Source: Treponematales bacterium (GTDB taxonomy: Bacteria; Spirochaetota; Spirochaetia; Treponematales; JBGSOB01). Taken from it: a stretch of 64,000 nucleotides of DNA. Positions 55,009-63,857 of this stretch are shown here, in pieces; within the stretch, counting starts at the first letter, position 1; each line of letters starts with the position of its first letter. The notes under the pieces were generated by a model that did no database searches, was not told the DNA's origin, and saw nothing but the letters and a program-made list of their open reading frames with translations. The DNA lies in the NCBI GenBank assembly GCA_041739325.1, contig JBGSOB010000123.1:14863-78862 (forward strand). The letters run 5' to 3'. Made by a program: the position numbers and the translations under genes.

Positions 55009-57733
55009 ACAATGGATTCAAAGCCCCCTCATCTCCCTTGTCCTCATTCCCCTTGCATTCTTGTGTCTGACAGCGACTGTCTTTTTTCATTATGGGGTTT
55101 CTTTTCAGCCGAGTCCCCGTCTTATGGGCTGGATGCCCTTGGCTTTTTTTTCTTTTTCCCTGCTTGGTTTTTGCCTTTCACTCGGCTATGCCCTCTTTTC
55201 CCGCATAAGGCGTTCTGCGCTGAGTCCGGTATTCCCTATTGTTGTGTTGGCTATGGGACTGGCGCTTTCGGCCGGATTAATCCTCCTTATCCTTCTAGGA
55301 AGAATGAGTAATGTCTTGTTCCCCGCCATAAGCGCCGCCGGTATTCTTATTCTTGTCTTTTATCCCCTTCTATATTGGGCTGCGACAAGCCTTGATGGAA
55401 AGTTCCCCTTTTCCTGGAAGGAGGGTATTGTCCTCGTTCTCATTCCCATTGCCTGGTTCTTGGGCGGCACCTATATCTTTAAGATTGGCGGCGGGAGAAT
55501 GGGTGATGTTGAGAAGGGGTTGGGTCTCGCTTTTCTTATCGCCAGTTTTTTTCTCTTCGGTTTTCTGGCGGCACGGGCGGGTTTTACTGCTGCCTTGAAA
55601 CTGAAGCGGACGAAGATCGGGTTTTTTGTCGTGCGAGTAATCTTTTGCCTTGCCTTGCCACTTGGCGCCTTGAGCCTTAATTTCGCGTTTATCCGCGAAT
55701 GGGGTCGCTATATGCCTATCTTAGGTGGATTCGGCTCCCCCCTTTGTTTTGCGCTGGCGGGGCTCTCCGGACTTTTACTCTGCCTCCCTGAAAGCCCCCG
55801 CCCGGGCCTACGGCTTGCCCTCTTCTTTTTAAGGCTCGCCCTATTTCCCTACTCCTTGTATTTTTTTATTATCTTCCTACCCTTTACCATCTTGGTGCCC
55901 TTCACGATTTTCTTTTTCGGTTTGGGCCTCCTCCTTCTTCTTCCCCTGTGCAACTTTCTCCTTCATCTTTATTGCCTTGCGCAAGACTGGAAGGCTGTAA
56001 ATGAGGCTTTTATTTGGAAACGGATCCTTCCTGCCCTCATTCTCTCTCTCTGCCTCTTGCCGGCCGGACTTTACGCCCATGCTCTTCTTGCGGCGGTGAA
56101 CCTTAAGTCTGCCATAGCTTGGATTGATGCCGACGACCCTCACATGAAAAAAGCAAGGATTGATATCGGCCTCCTTGAACGATCTTTGGCGCTTTCTGAA
56201 AAAAATGCCTATCTGCCCCTTCTCTCCGAATGTAGCCAGAGCATTGTTTTTGGAGGGCGCATTTTAAATGATAGGAGCCTTGCCCGTCTTGAGAATGCCT
56301 TTTTGCCCAAGCGATCTGGCCTAGAGCGCTTGAGGTACTATGAATCCTCCGTCAACTTTAGCGGTAGCGAAGCTGGTGAATTCTCCCTGAAGGCAGAGCT
56401 GGAAGAAAGCGTCTTTGATTACTCGCTGGGCTTGCAACGTTCAAGGATTGGTCTGCGCCTCCAGTATAAAGGCAATCAAGCCTTGGGCGAATATCGGCTT
56501 GGCTTTCAATTGCCGCGCGCCGCTTGGCTCAAGGATTACTATCTCTACGTTGGGGAAGATAAACGCCCCGGTAGAATATTTTCTCGAGGGGCGGCGGTTT
56601 CTATTTATCAGAGCATCGTTCGAACAAGGCGCGACCCTGGTTTGCTCTCCGTATCTCCGGATAACCGGGTTGAGCTGCGGGTGTTTCCTTTTTCTCCGGG
56701 GGAAATCCGGCGGACCGGGTTTGATATTTATCATGCGGCCGGCAAGGATTTAGCGTTAGGCGATACAATAATCCGCCTTCCGAGTCCCCAAAAAGAGCAA
56801 TTAGGGCTTGTCCCCGATTGGATTCTCGGTTCGGAGCGGAGTTTGACTTTGCCGGAATTAGGACGAAAGCCCTATCTCCATATCATAGCGGACGCTTCGG
56901 CTTCTTCCTTGGAGAACCGCAATCGTGTAGGTGAATTAATCGCGCTGGGCTTGCGCCTTGATCTTCCTGCCGGCGCTTTCCAGGCCCCGGCCGCGCGGGT
57001 AAGTTGGGTTGATTATGAAGAGCGCTTACGCTGTGATCCCTCGAATTACCAGAGCGAAGGGCTCGGTCTCAAGGCGCGTGGCGGCTTTCTGCCTATGCGA
57101 GCTATCCAGTCCATTTCTCTCGAGGCGGCGAAAAATGATGATAATAGCTATCCTATTTTCATCATTGCCTCAACTCAGGAGAATGCCTTGGAGGGCTGGG
57201 CGAGAGCTGAAGAATACCCGGATGCGGTTCAAGCTTTTTTCCCTGAAACCGCAGGCATCTATCTTCTTTATTCAGATGATGACGTTCCTTCCGGCCTGTG
57301 GGAGCTCGGAAAAGACAGCGGCGCGAGCGCTGTGAGCCGTCCGAGAATCTACCCGGTAATAAAGCTTCCAGGGCAAGCACTGCTTCGGCGCGGCTCAGAA
57401 GCCTTTGTTTTTAGCCAAGAGCCTGTGACAAGCTTTGGCCGGATTGCCTTTGAGAACGCCCGCCCAAGCTTTTCCGCGCATGAAAAAAAAGAAAAGGAGG
57501 GAATTCTCTATAGCTTAGCTAAGGATAGCGGCTTTTTAAACCCAGCGGTTTCCGCCATCGTTCTTGAGGAGGATTCTCAATATCGTCGGGTTGAGGATGA
57601 GGAAAAACGCTTGAAAGCGGAAGAGTCGGGGGAGGGTTTTCAGGAAATGGGTCTGCCCTGGCCGGTTTTAGCCCTTGTTCTCAGTCTTGCCGCTCTCTTT
57701 TTTCATCGCTTTCGGAGAGTCCGCTTTAGTTGA
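54998..57733 (+). CDS. MSEP-CTERM-like multi-TM plus VIT-domain protein with C-terminal sorting signal
   Basis: About 11 N-terminal TMs; DYYLYV...AVSIYQSIVRTRRDPGLL...LRVFPFSPGEIRRTG (VIT-like); SAIVLE; tail EMGLP + TM + HRFRRVR. Confidence 0.75.
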   Translation: MSYKQWIQSPLISLVLIPLAFLCLTATVFFHYGVSFQPSPRLMGWMPLAFFSFSLLGFCLSLGYALFSRIRRSALSPVFPIVVLAMGLALSAGLILLILLGRMSNVLFPAISAAGILILVFYPLLYWAATSLDGKFPFSWKEGIVLVLIPIAWFLGGTYIFKIGGGRMGDVEKGLGLAFLIASFFLFGFLAARAGFTAALKLKRTKIGFFVVRVIFCLALPLGALSLNFAFIREWGRYMPILGGFGSPLCFALAGLSGLLLCLPESPRPGLRLALFFLRLALFPYSLYFFIIFLPFTILVPFTIFFFGLGLLLLLPLCNFLLHLYCLAQDWKAVNEAFIWKRILPALILSLCLLPAGLYAHALLAAVNLKSAIAWIDADDPHMKKARIDIGLLERSLALSEKNAYLPLLSECSQSIVFGGRILNDRSLARLENAFLPKRSGLERLRYYESSVNFSGSEAGEFSLKAELEESVFDYSLGLQRSRIGLRLQYKGNQALGEYRLGFQLPRAAWLKDYYLYVGEDKRPGRIFSRGAAVSIYQSIVRTRRDPGLLSVSPDNRVELRVFPFSPGEIRRTGFDIYHAAGKDLALGDTIIRLPSPQKEQLGLVPDWILGSERSLTLPELGRKPYLHIIADASASSLENRNRVGELIALGLRLDLPAGAFQAPAARVSWVDYEERLRCDPSNYQSEGLGLKARGGFLPMRAIQSISLEAAKNDDNSYPIFIIASTQENALEGWARAEEYPDAVQAFFPETAGIYLLYSDDDVPSGLWELGKDSGASAVSRPRIYPVIKLPGQALLRRGSEAFVFSQEPVTSFGRIAFENARPSFSAHEKKEKEGILYSLAKDSGFLNPAVSAIVLEEDSQYRRVEDEEKRLKAEESGEGFQEMGLPWPVLALVLSLAALFFHRFRRVRFS

Positions 57734-57759
57734 CGAAGGGGAGGGCCAAAGCCTATAAT
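57730..57759 (+). promoter_or_regulatory. sigma70 promoter for the PIMT-like operon
   Basis: TTGACG-N18-TATAAT, then GGGAG RBS. Confidence 0.65.
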
Positions 57760-57790
57760 GCCGCAACCTACGATTTTACGGGAGTGATTC

Positions 57791-58864
57791 ATGCGAACAC
57801 GCTTTTTGAAGGTCTCCGGATCCGCCATCGCCGCTTGCTGCGTACTGGCGCTTCTCCTCGCCTTCCCCTCATGCGCCAAGAAAGCGGCTCAGGCCGACCC
57901 TTCCCCTGCGGCCACCGTGGAGCCAATAGCGCCCAGCTCTGAGCCTGTGCTCAGCAATGCAGAGCCTTCGCCGGCTGTCAGCGCCCAAGTCAACAAGCCG
58001 GACGCCGTTTTGACTACCACAGCTCCCGTCAAGAAAGCCAACGGTCCCACCGGGACCGTCGTCGTCTCCGGTCTCGGCTTTTACGATTTTAATAAAATCC
58101 AATTTGCGCCCATGGACAGCTACGCCAACTATGTGGCATGGATGAAGGCGAACACTAAAGATAGCGAGAAGTACCTCAAGCAGCGTTGGGACCGCATGGC
58201 TGTCGACAATGTCTGGCATCCTGAGAACAGCCAGGCCCTGCGCAAGGCCTTCTTGGCGGCCCCGCGCGAATACTTCGCCCGTTCCTACAACTCAGAACAC
58301 GTTTACGCCCATGCCGCCTGGCCCATTGAGGATGGTCAAACCATCCCCGGACCGCACTTGGTTACCCGTATGACCCACAACATCGAGCCTCGTCCCGGCA
58401 TGAAGGTCTTGGAGATCGGCATGGGTTCGGGCTATCAAGCCTCCGTCTTGGCTTACATGACGGACTTGGTTTATACCATCGAAATCAAGGCTAACCTCTT
58501 TAACCTGACCGACGCCATCTATAAGAAATATGAAGCCGATTACCCCGCGCTACGCAACGTCCGGCGCATGAACGCCGACGGTTATTACGGTTGGGAAGAG
58601 CACGCGCCCTTCGACCGCATCATCGTTACCTGCGGTATAGACCACATACCCCCGGCCTTGCTCAAGCAGCTTAAGCCGGACGGCATCATGGTTATACCCA
58701 TCGGTCCGATGAACGGTGAGCAGGTCATCCTCAAGATAACCAAGCGCGTAGACGCCGAGGGCGTGACTACCTTGGAGCGCGAGGATATCTATGGCGGCAA
58801 GGTAGTGCAGGCCTTCGTGCCCTTCACCGCCTCCGACGGCAGCTGGCACCAGAAGAACAAGTAA
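57791..58864 (+). CDS. Lipoprotein with protein-L-isoaspartate O-methyltransferase (PIMT/Pcm)-like domain
   Basis: Lipobox LAFPS-C, Pro/Ala linker; PREYF, GQTIPGP, VLEIGMGSGYQ, DGYYGWEEHAPFDRIIVT, QLKPDGIMVIPIG, FVP. Confidence 0.88.
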   Translation: MRTRFLKVSGSAIAACCVLALLLAFPSCAKKAAQADPSPAATVEPIAPSSEPVLSNAEPSPAVSAQVNKPDAVLTTTAPVKKANGPTGTVVVSGLGFYDFNKIQFAPMDSYANYVAWMKANTKDSEKYLKQRWDRMAVDNVWHPENSQALRKAFLAAPREYFARSYNSEHVYAHAAWPIEDGQTIPGPHLVTRMTHNIEPRPGMKVLEIGMGSGYQASVLAYMTDLVYTIEIKANLFNLTDAIYKKYEADYPALRNVRRMNADGYYGWEEHAPFDRIIVTCGIDHIPPALLKQLKPDGIMVIPIGPMNGEQVILKITKRVDAEGVTTLEREDIYGGKVVQAFVPFTASDGSWHQKNK

Positions 58865-58865
58865 A

Positions 58866-61388
58866 ATGAAACTACCCCGCGTGCCCGGGCGCTGTATCGC
58901 CCTCTTTTTGATTTCCTTCTCCTTGATAGCCTTTCAGTTGGGAACCATGCGGGTATTCGCCTTGGGCTCCTGGAGTAATTTCGGCTCTATGGTCATCTCC
59001 ATTGCCCTTTTGGGCTATGGAGTTGCCGGTGTACTGCTGACATTCCTCCAGGATAGGGTGCGCAAAAACTCCCAGGCATGGCTGACCGGGAGCGCAATCG
59101 CCCTCCCGGCGGTTATGGCCTTGGTTTATGTGATAGCTCAGCAAGTTCCCTTCAACCCCATTTTCCTTATTTCTCAGCCCAAGCAGGGCTTTTTTATCGC
59201 GATTTTCTATGTCCTCTACGCCTTGCCCTATTTCGTGGGAGCCGTGTTTAACGCGGTCGCCTTTATGGACACCGATGTCAAGGCGTCGAATCTCTATTTT
59301 TGGAACATGGCCGGCTCTGGTACGGGAGGGCTCTTTCTCCTCCTTTCAACCTACGCCCTCAAGACCCAGTTTCTCATATACCCCTTCGTGGCCGTGGCGG
59401 TGATTGCCATACCCTTTGTGCTTCCGAAACAGACGCGGGATCGCAAGCTTTGGCTATCTTCGGCGCTTATTGCCGTCCTCGTTGCTTTTACGGCCTTGGG
59501 TTTGTTTGGCCGCATGCGCGTTTCGCCCTATAAATCCGCCGAGCAGGCGCGGATGATGTTCGAGGACCTTGAGGTTATGCATGAAGAGACTGGTCCCTTA
59601 GGCGAATACCGTATAATAAAAAGCTCGAGCTTGCATTTTGCCCCAGGGCTTTCTGACAATGCGGTGTTCTACATCGATGAGATGCCCAAGAACGCCTTCT
59701 GGGGTATGTATATCGACAATGACGGGCCCATAGGCATCATGCGCCGGCTCGAGCCAGGCGAGGAACGCTATATCGATTTCCTTCCGATGTCGGCCGCCTA
59801 TAAGGTGCTCAAGAATCCTAAGGTTCTCCTCGTAAGGCTGGGCGGCGGCTTTTCTGCCTATACCGCCCTTCATCACGACGCCCAAAGCGTGACGATCCTA
59901 GAGCCTAATCCCGTCATCACCAAGATGGTCAAGGACGTGCCCGCGGTGCGCGAGTTCACCGGAGATCTCCTGCGCGATCCTCGCGTAAAGGTCCTGGAGG
60001 AGGATCCGCGCTCATTCTGCGCCAAAGAATCCTCAGGCAGTTTCGACTTGGTGGAGATCAGCCTTATAGACTCCGTCGGCTTGTCGCAATCCACCGGCTA
60101 CTCGATTAGCGAAAATTATACCTATACCGTCGAGGCCTTTGGCGAGTACCTGGACCGGCTTTCCCCCGACGGCGTTCTTTCCGTAACCACCTGGAACCAC
60201 CTTTCCCCACCACGCAATGTTCCCAAATTGATAGCGACCGTTTCCGAGTCTCTCAAGCGCAAGGGCTTTGAACAACCAGAGCGCCATGTCTACGCCTTTG
60301 ATCTCATTTACTCCACCGCCACTATCTTGGTAAAGAAGAGCCCTTTTAGCGAGGCTGAGATCGCCGCGCTGGATAAGTTCTGCCATATTATGTCCTTCAA
60401 GCCCTTCTTCTCTCCGAACATGCCGGATCCGGGCCTGGACTTCAAGGCAATCCTCGCAGCTTATAAGGATAAGTTCCGCACCCGTGCCGCCAATGAAGCC
60501 CCGGCCGACTCTATCAAGCTTAATGTTGAGGATCTCTACGGTTATACCTTCCGCTGGGCCTTGGCCGGTAAACAGGAAGAGCTCTACGACCGCTATCTCT
60601 TTGACATTCGCCCCACCACCGACGACCGCCCCTACTACGCGGTCTATATGAAGCCCTCTACTATCAAGCTTTTCCTTGATAAACTTTCCTATGTCTCTGA
60701 GGACTGGTCCTATCTTCTCTCCTGGGCAACCCTTTTCCAAGCTCTGGTATTCGGGCTCCTTATCGCTCTCCTTCCGCTCTTGAGCAGGAAGAAGATTGGG
60801 CATGGGCCGGGACGGACATTCGGGGTTATTCTTTATTACGCATGCCTTGGCGCGGGATATATGCTGGTTGAAATCTACCTGATGCAAAAGTTGGTATTCT
60901 TTCTTGCAGAGCCGGTATTCTCCACCTCCATCGTCATCACGACCATGCTCATCATCTCCGGAGTCGGCGCACTGCTATCGGAACGGCTAGGCAAAGACCC
61001 AGACAAGCGCGTGAAAATAGCCATGCTCGGGCTCGCCGCCACCCTGATATTTTATATGCTTGCCTTGGCGCCCCTTCTCAAAGTGCTCCTAGCCCTGCCG
61101 CTCTTGGCAAAGGTGCCGATAGTGGTTCTTCTCATAGCGCCGGCTGCATTCTTTATGGGCGTTCCCTTCCCGACCGGCCTTGGAAGCCTTCAGGAAAAAG
61201 GAAAGACCCTCTTGCCTTGGGCCCTTGGCGTCAACGGCGCCCTCTCCGTAACGGGGTCTATGCTCGCCTCCATCATCTCCATGCACGTCGGTTATATCTT
61301 TGTGCTTGCCCTTTCCTTGGTTCTCTATCTTGGGGCGGGCATGCTCTTTCCGGTAAACACGGGAAAGGAAGGCAAAGCTCATGTCTAG
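58866..61388 (+). CDS. Polytopic membrane protein (7TM + spermidine-synthase-like SAM domain + about 7TM)
   Basis: ISIALLGYG, LYFWNMAGSG; VLLVRLGGG, ILEPNP, EDPRSF, ENYTYTVEAF..YLDRLSPDGVL, TDDRPY; LGAGYMLVEI, FMGVPFP, WALGVNG. Confidence 0.88.
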   Translation: MKLPRVPGRCIALFLISFSLIAFQLGTMRVFALGSWSNFGSMVISIALLGYGVAGVLLTFLQDRVRKNSQAWLTGSAIALPAVMALVYVIAQQVPFNPIFLISQPKQGFFIAIFYVLYALPYFVGAVFNAVAFMDTDVKASNLYFWNMAGSGTGGLFLLLSTYALKTQFLIYPFVAVAVIAIPFVLPKQTRDRKLWLSSALIAVLVAFTALGLFGRMRVSPYKSAEQARMMFEDLEVMHEETGPLGEYRIIKSSSLHFAPGLSDNAVFYIDEMPKNAFWGMYIDNDGPIGIMRRLEPGEERYIDFLPMSAAYKVLKNPKVLLVRLGGGFSAYTALHHDAQSVTILEPNPVITKMVKDVPAVREFTGDLLRDPRVKVLEEDPRSFCAKESSGSFDLVEISLIDSVGLSQSTGYSISENYTYTVEAFGEYLDRLSPDGVLSVTTWNHLSPPRNVPKLIATVSESLKRKGFEQPERHVYAFDLIYSTATILVKKSPFSEAEIAALDKFCHIMSFKPFFSPNMPDPGLDFKAILAAYKDKFRTRAANEAPADSIKLNVEDLYGYTFRWALAGKQEELYDRYLFDIRPTTDDRPYYAVYMKPSTIKLFLDKLSYVSEDWSYLLSWATLFQALVFGLLIALLPLLSRKKIGHGPGRTFGVILYYACLGAGYMLVEIYLMQKLVFFLAEPVFSTSIVITTMLIISGVGALLSERLGKDPDKRVKIAMLGLAATLIFYMLALAPLLKVLLALPLLAKVPIVVLLIAPAAFFMGVPFPTGLGSLQEKGKTLLPWALGVNGALSVTGSMLASIISMHVGYIFVLALSLVLYLGAGMLFPVNTGKEGKAHV

Positions 61389-62592
61389 ATGTTTCCGGAT
61401 GCCGCGGCAGGGAGGGGCCTTAAGGCTGATTCCCTGCCTCTTTATGGCGGCGTTGGCCCTGCCCGCCGCCGCGGGGGAAACCCAGAAGAAGCCCCTGGTA
61501 TTCCACCATGAGGAATACGGGGTTGCCCAACTGGAAACCCTTAAGCGGAAATATGACTACGACGAGTACATGGAAAAGGGCCTCACGGAGTTCGAGCGCT
61601 TTAACCTGCTCAAGCGCTGGACCTACGATACCGTCACCTACGGCGGCGCCAAGCAGTACACCCAGTTGCGCAATGCCCTGACGATCCTGGAAAAGGCAAA
61701 GCGCGGCGAGGTTTTCTGGTGCAACAATATCTCCGCCGTTTATATGCAGTGTGCCCTCTCCCTCGGATACACCAGCCGCTATGTCTTCTTGCGCAACACC
61801 AAGGGCGAGTCCCATATCGCCAACGACATCTGGTCCAATCAATATCGCAAGTGGATATTTATCGATCCCACCTGGAACGTCTACCTTGAGAAAGACGGCG
61901 TGCCCCTCTCACTGCTCGAGGTGAAGGACGAGTGGCGCAAGAATAACGGCGCGGACTTGATCTACGTCTATGGCGCCGGCGATAATGAGCGGCGCTACAC
62001 GAAGGCCGAACTGCCGATCACCCGTTCCGATAATTTCCTCTACCGCCTCTGGCCGGTTACTGACCAGTGGATCTCCTTCATGTACCAGGTAGGCATTGTG
62101 GGGCGCAACAATCTCTTTACCCACGAGGACGGAACGGGAGCCTACATTTGGGATACCATCTACACCATTAAAGATGAGATTAACTCCAAAGACTCCGTTT
62201 GGGAATTCCGCCGCTATCCCAGCCCGCCCCTGGCTGATCTCTTCCATGAGCTTAACCGGGTGGACATAAGCCGCGTGGAGGGAAAAATTGCCGGCAAGGC
62301 GGAAGGCACGGAAAAAGACGGCAAGGAGAAAGAAGCTCCCCTTGTCTTTAAGCTGGACGCCTTCGGCCCCGCCAATTATACCCCGAACTTCCAAAGCTAC
62401 GAAGTGCAACTGGATTCCGGGGAGTGGCAAGACTCTGGCTCCCTTTACGCACCCTCGGCCCTCAAGCCCGGCAAACACCAGATTGCGGCTCGGGCGCGCA
62501 ATAAATTTGGGGTACGCGGCCCAGCGACGGTTTTGGAATTTAGCGTTGATCCTTCCCTCATCTGGCCCTTCAGCCTTTTTCTGGGAAAATAG
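61381..62592 (+). CDS. Exported transglutaminase-like (Cys-His-Asp) protein
   Basis: Signal peptide ending LPAAA; FWCNNIS..Y...ALSLG..SR, SHIANDIW, KWIFIDPT; C-terminal Ig/FN3-like RARNKFG. Confidence 0.8.
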   Translation: MSRCFRMPRQGGALRLIPCLFMAALALPAAAGETQKKPLVFHHEEYGVAQLETLKRKYDYDEYMEKGLTEFERFNLLKRWTYDTVTYGGAKQYTQLRNALTILEKAKRGEVFWCNNISAVYMQCALSLGYTSRYVFLRNTKGESHIANDIWSNQYRKWIFIDPTWNVYLEKDGVPLSLLEVKDEWRKNNGADLIYVYGAGDNERRYTKAELPITRSDNFLYRLWPVTDQWISFMYQVGIVGRNNLFTHEDGTGAYIWDTIYTIKDEINSKDSVWEFRRYPSPPLADLFHELNRVDISRVEGKIAGKAEGTEKDGKEKEAPLVFKLDAFGPANYTPNFQSYEVQLDSGEWQDSGSLYAPSALKPGKHQIAARARNKFGVRGPATVLEFSVDPSLIWPFSLFLGK

Positions 62593-62606
62593 GAAGGAGG
62601 GGCGGG

Positions 62607-63032
62607 ATGATTACCCTCAGCGATTTTAGCCTTTCCACCCCGGCCCTTCTCTTTCCCGCAATCTCGCTTTTACTGCTAGCCTATACCAATCGCTTCCATT
62701 CCCTTGCCGCACTCGTGCGCGACCTCCACGCCCGCTGGAAAGTGGAGGCTGATCCAGGCTTGGAGGCTCAGATACTCAACCTCAAGCGGCGAATCCGCAT
62801 CATCAAACTTATGCAAATCTTGGGAGTGGCGTCCTTTTTCCTTTGCGTCTTTACCATGCTCCTCATATTCTTCCAACAGATGCTCGCCGCGGAGATCGTC
62901 TTTGCCGGCGGCTTGGTACTGCTTTTGATTTCCCTCGCACTCTCCATTCGCGAGCTCTCCATATCCGCCGATGCCTTGGATATCCTCCTTGACGAGCACC
63001 AAGAAAAGCATGGCCGGGGGCGGGGCGCATGA
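62607..63032 (+). CDS. DUF2721-family membrane protein
   Basis: TPALLFPAISLLLLAYTNRF...QILNLKRRI. Confidence 0.85.
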   Translation: MITLSDFSLSTPALLFPAISLLLLAYTNRFHSLAALVRDLHARWKVEADPGLEAQILNLKRRIRIIKLMQILGVASFFLCVFTMLLIFFQQMLAAEIVFAGGLVLLLISLALSIRELSISADALDILLDEHQEKHGRGRGA

Positions 63033-63715
63033 AAGGCAAGGGGCAAGGGGAGCAGAGCGCTGAAGAATTAGCCTTCTTGGAAAAGTTTTCTTACCTTTTT
63101 TCCGCTTGGTTGCCGCAGCGCGTACAGGAATTTTTATCTGAGGTGAGCTTCCGTCGGGTAGAAGCCGGAACGACCCTTTTGCGCCAGGGCCAGAGTTGCG
63201 CCCATCTTCCCTTTGTCGTTTCCGGCAGCGTTCGCGTCTATAAGCTGGCGGAGAACGGCAGGGAGATCACCCTCTACCGGGTGGAATCGGGCATGTCTTG
63301 CATCCTTAGCGCCGGCTGCCTGGCAAGCCTTCCGAGCTTTCCCGCAATGGTGGTTACCGAGTCGGATAGCTTGATAGCTTTTTTTAGCGGCCCCCTGGTC
63401 AAGCGCCTTCTGGATGAAAGCCCGGCCTTTAGGGACTTCCTTTTAAACCAATTCTCCGAACGCATGGCCGGGGTTATGGAGCTTGTGGAAGAGGTTGCTT
63501 TCCGGCACATGGACCGCCGTCTCAAGGATTGGCTCATACAAGAAAGATCTGCCGGGCACAGGGTTTTAGCCACGCACCAAGAGATAGCCGACCACCTTGG
63601 GACATCCCGCGAAGTTGTGAGCCGCATTCTCAAAGATTGGGAGAGCCGCGGCGCCCTTGAGCTTTCCCGCGGCGAGATAAGCCTGCTTTCCTCCTTCGAC
63701 TCACTGCCAATGTGA
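63029..63715 (+). CDS. Crp/Fnr-family transcriptional regulator
   Basis: SGSVRVYK..ENGREITLYR, CILS..C, THQEIADHLGTSREVVSRILK HTH. Confidence 0.93.
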   Translation: MKGKGQGEQSAEELAFLEKFSYLFSAWLPQRVQEFLSEVSFRRVEAGTTLLRQGQSCAHLPFVVSGSVRVYKLAENGREITLYRVESGMSCILSAGCLASLPSFPAMVVTESDSLIAFFSGPLVKRLLDESPAFRDFLLNQFSERMAGVMELVEEVAFRHMDRRLKDWLIQERSAGHRVLATHQEIADHLGTSREVVSRILKDWESRGALELSRGEISLLSSFDSLPM

Positions 63716-63726
63716 CCCTCGTCACT
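63711..63726 (+). promoter_or_regulatory. Crp-type binding site upstream of the glutaredoxin gene
   Basis: TGTGA-N6-TCACT with perfect core GTGAC-N4-GTCAC; candidate -10 TAGCTT at 63748-63753. Confidence 0.65.
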
Positions 63727-63857
63727 GAAACCTTTTGCTTGTTTGTGTAGCTTAACCTCAAGAACCGGGGCCATTCGGGATGTCGTGCTCAGCCTGGGCA
63801 TTTCGAAGCGGAGCCGCCTGCGCGGTCCGGAGCCTTTCGGGTTCAAGGAGGAAGAAG

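Noticed and set aside
54460-62592. Single system joining the exosortase pair with the PIMT-like operon
   Set aside because: A separate sigma70 promoter lies between them, and none of the downstream proteins has the motif-TM-basic sorting tail
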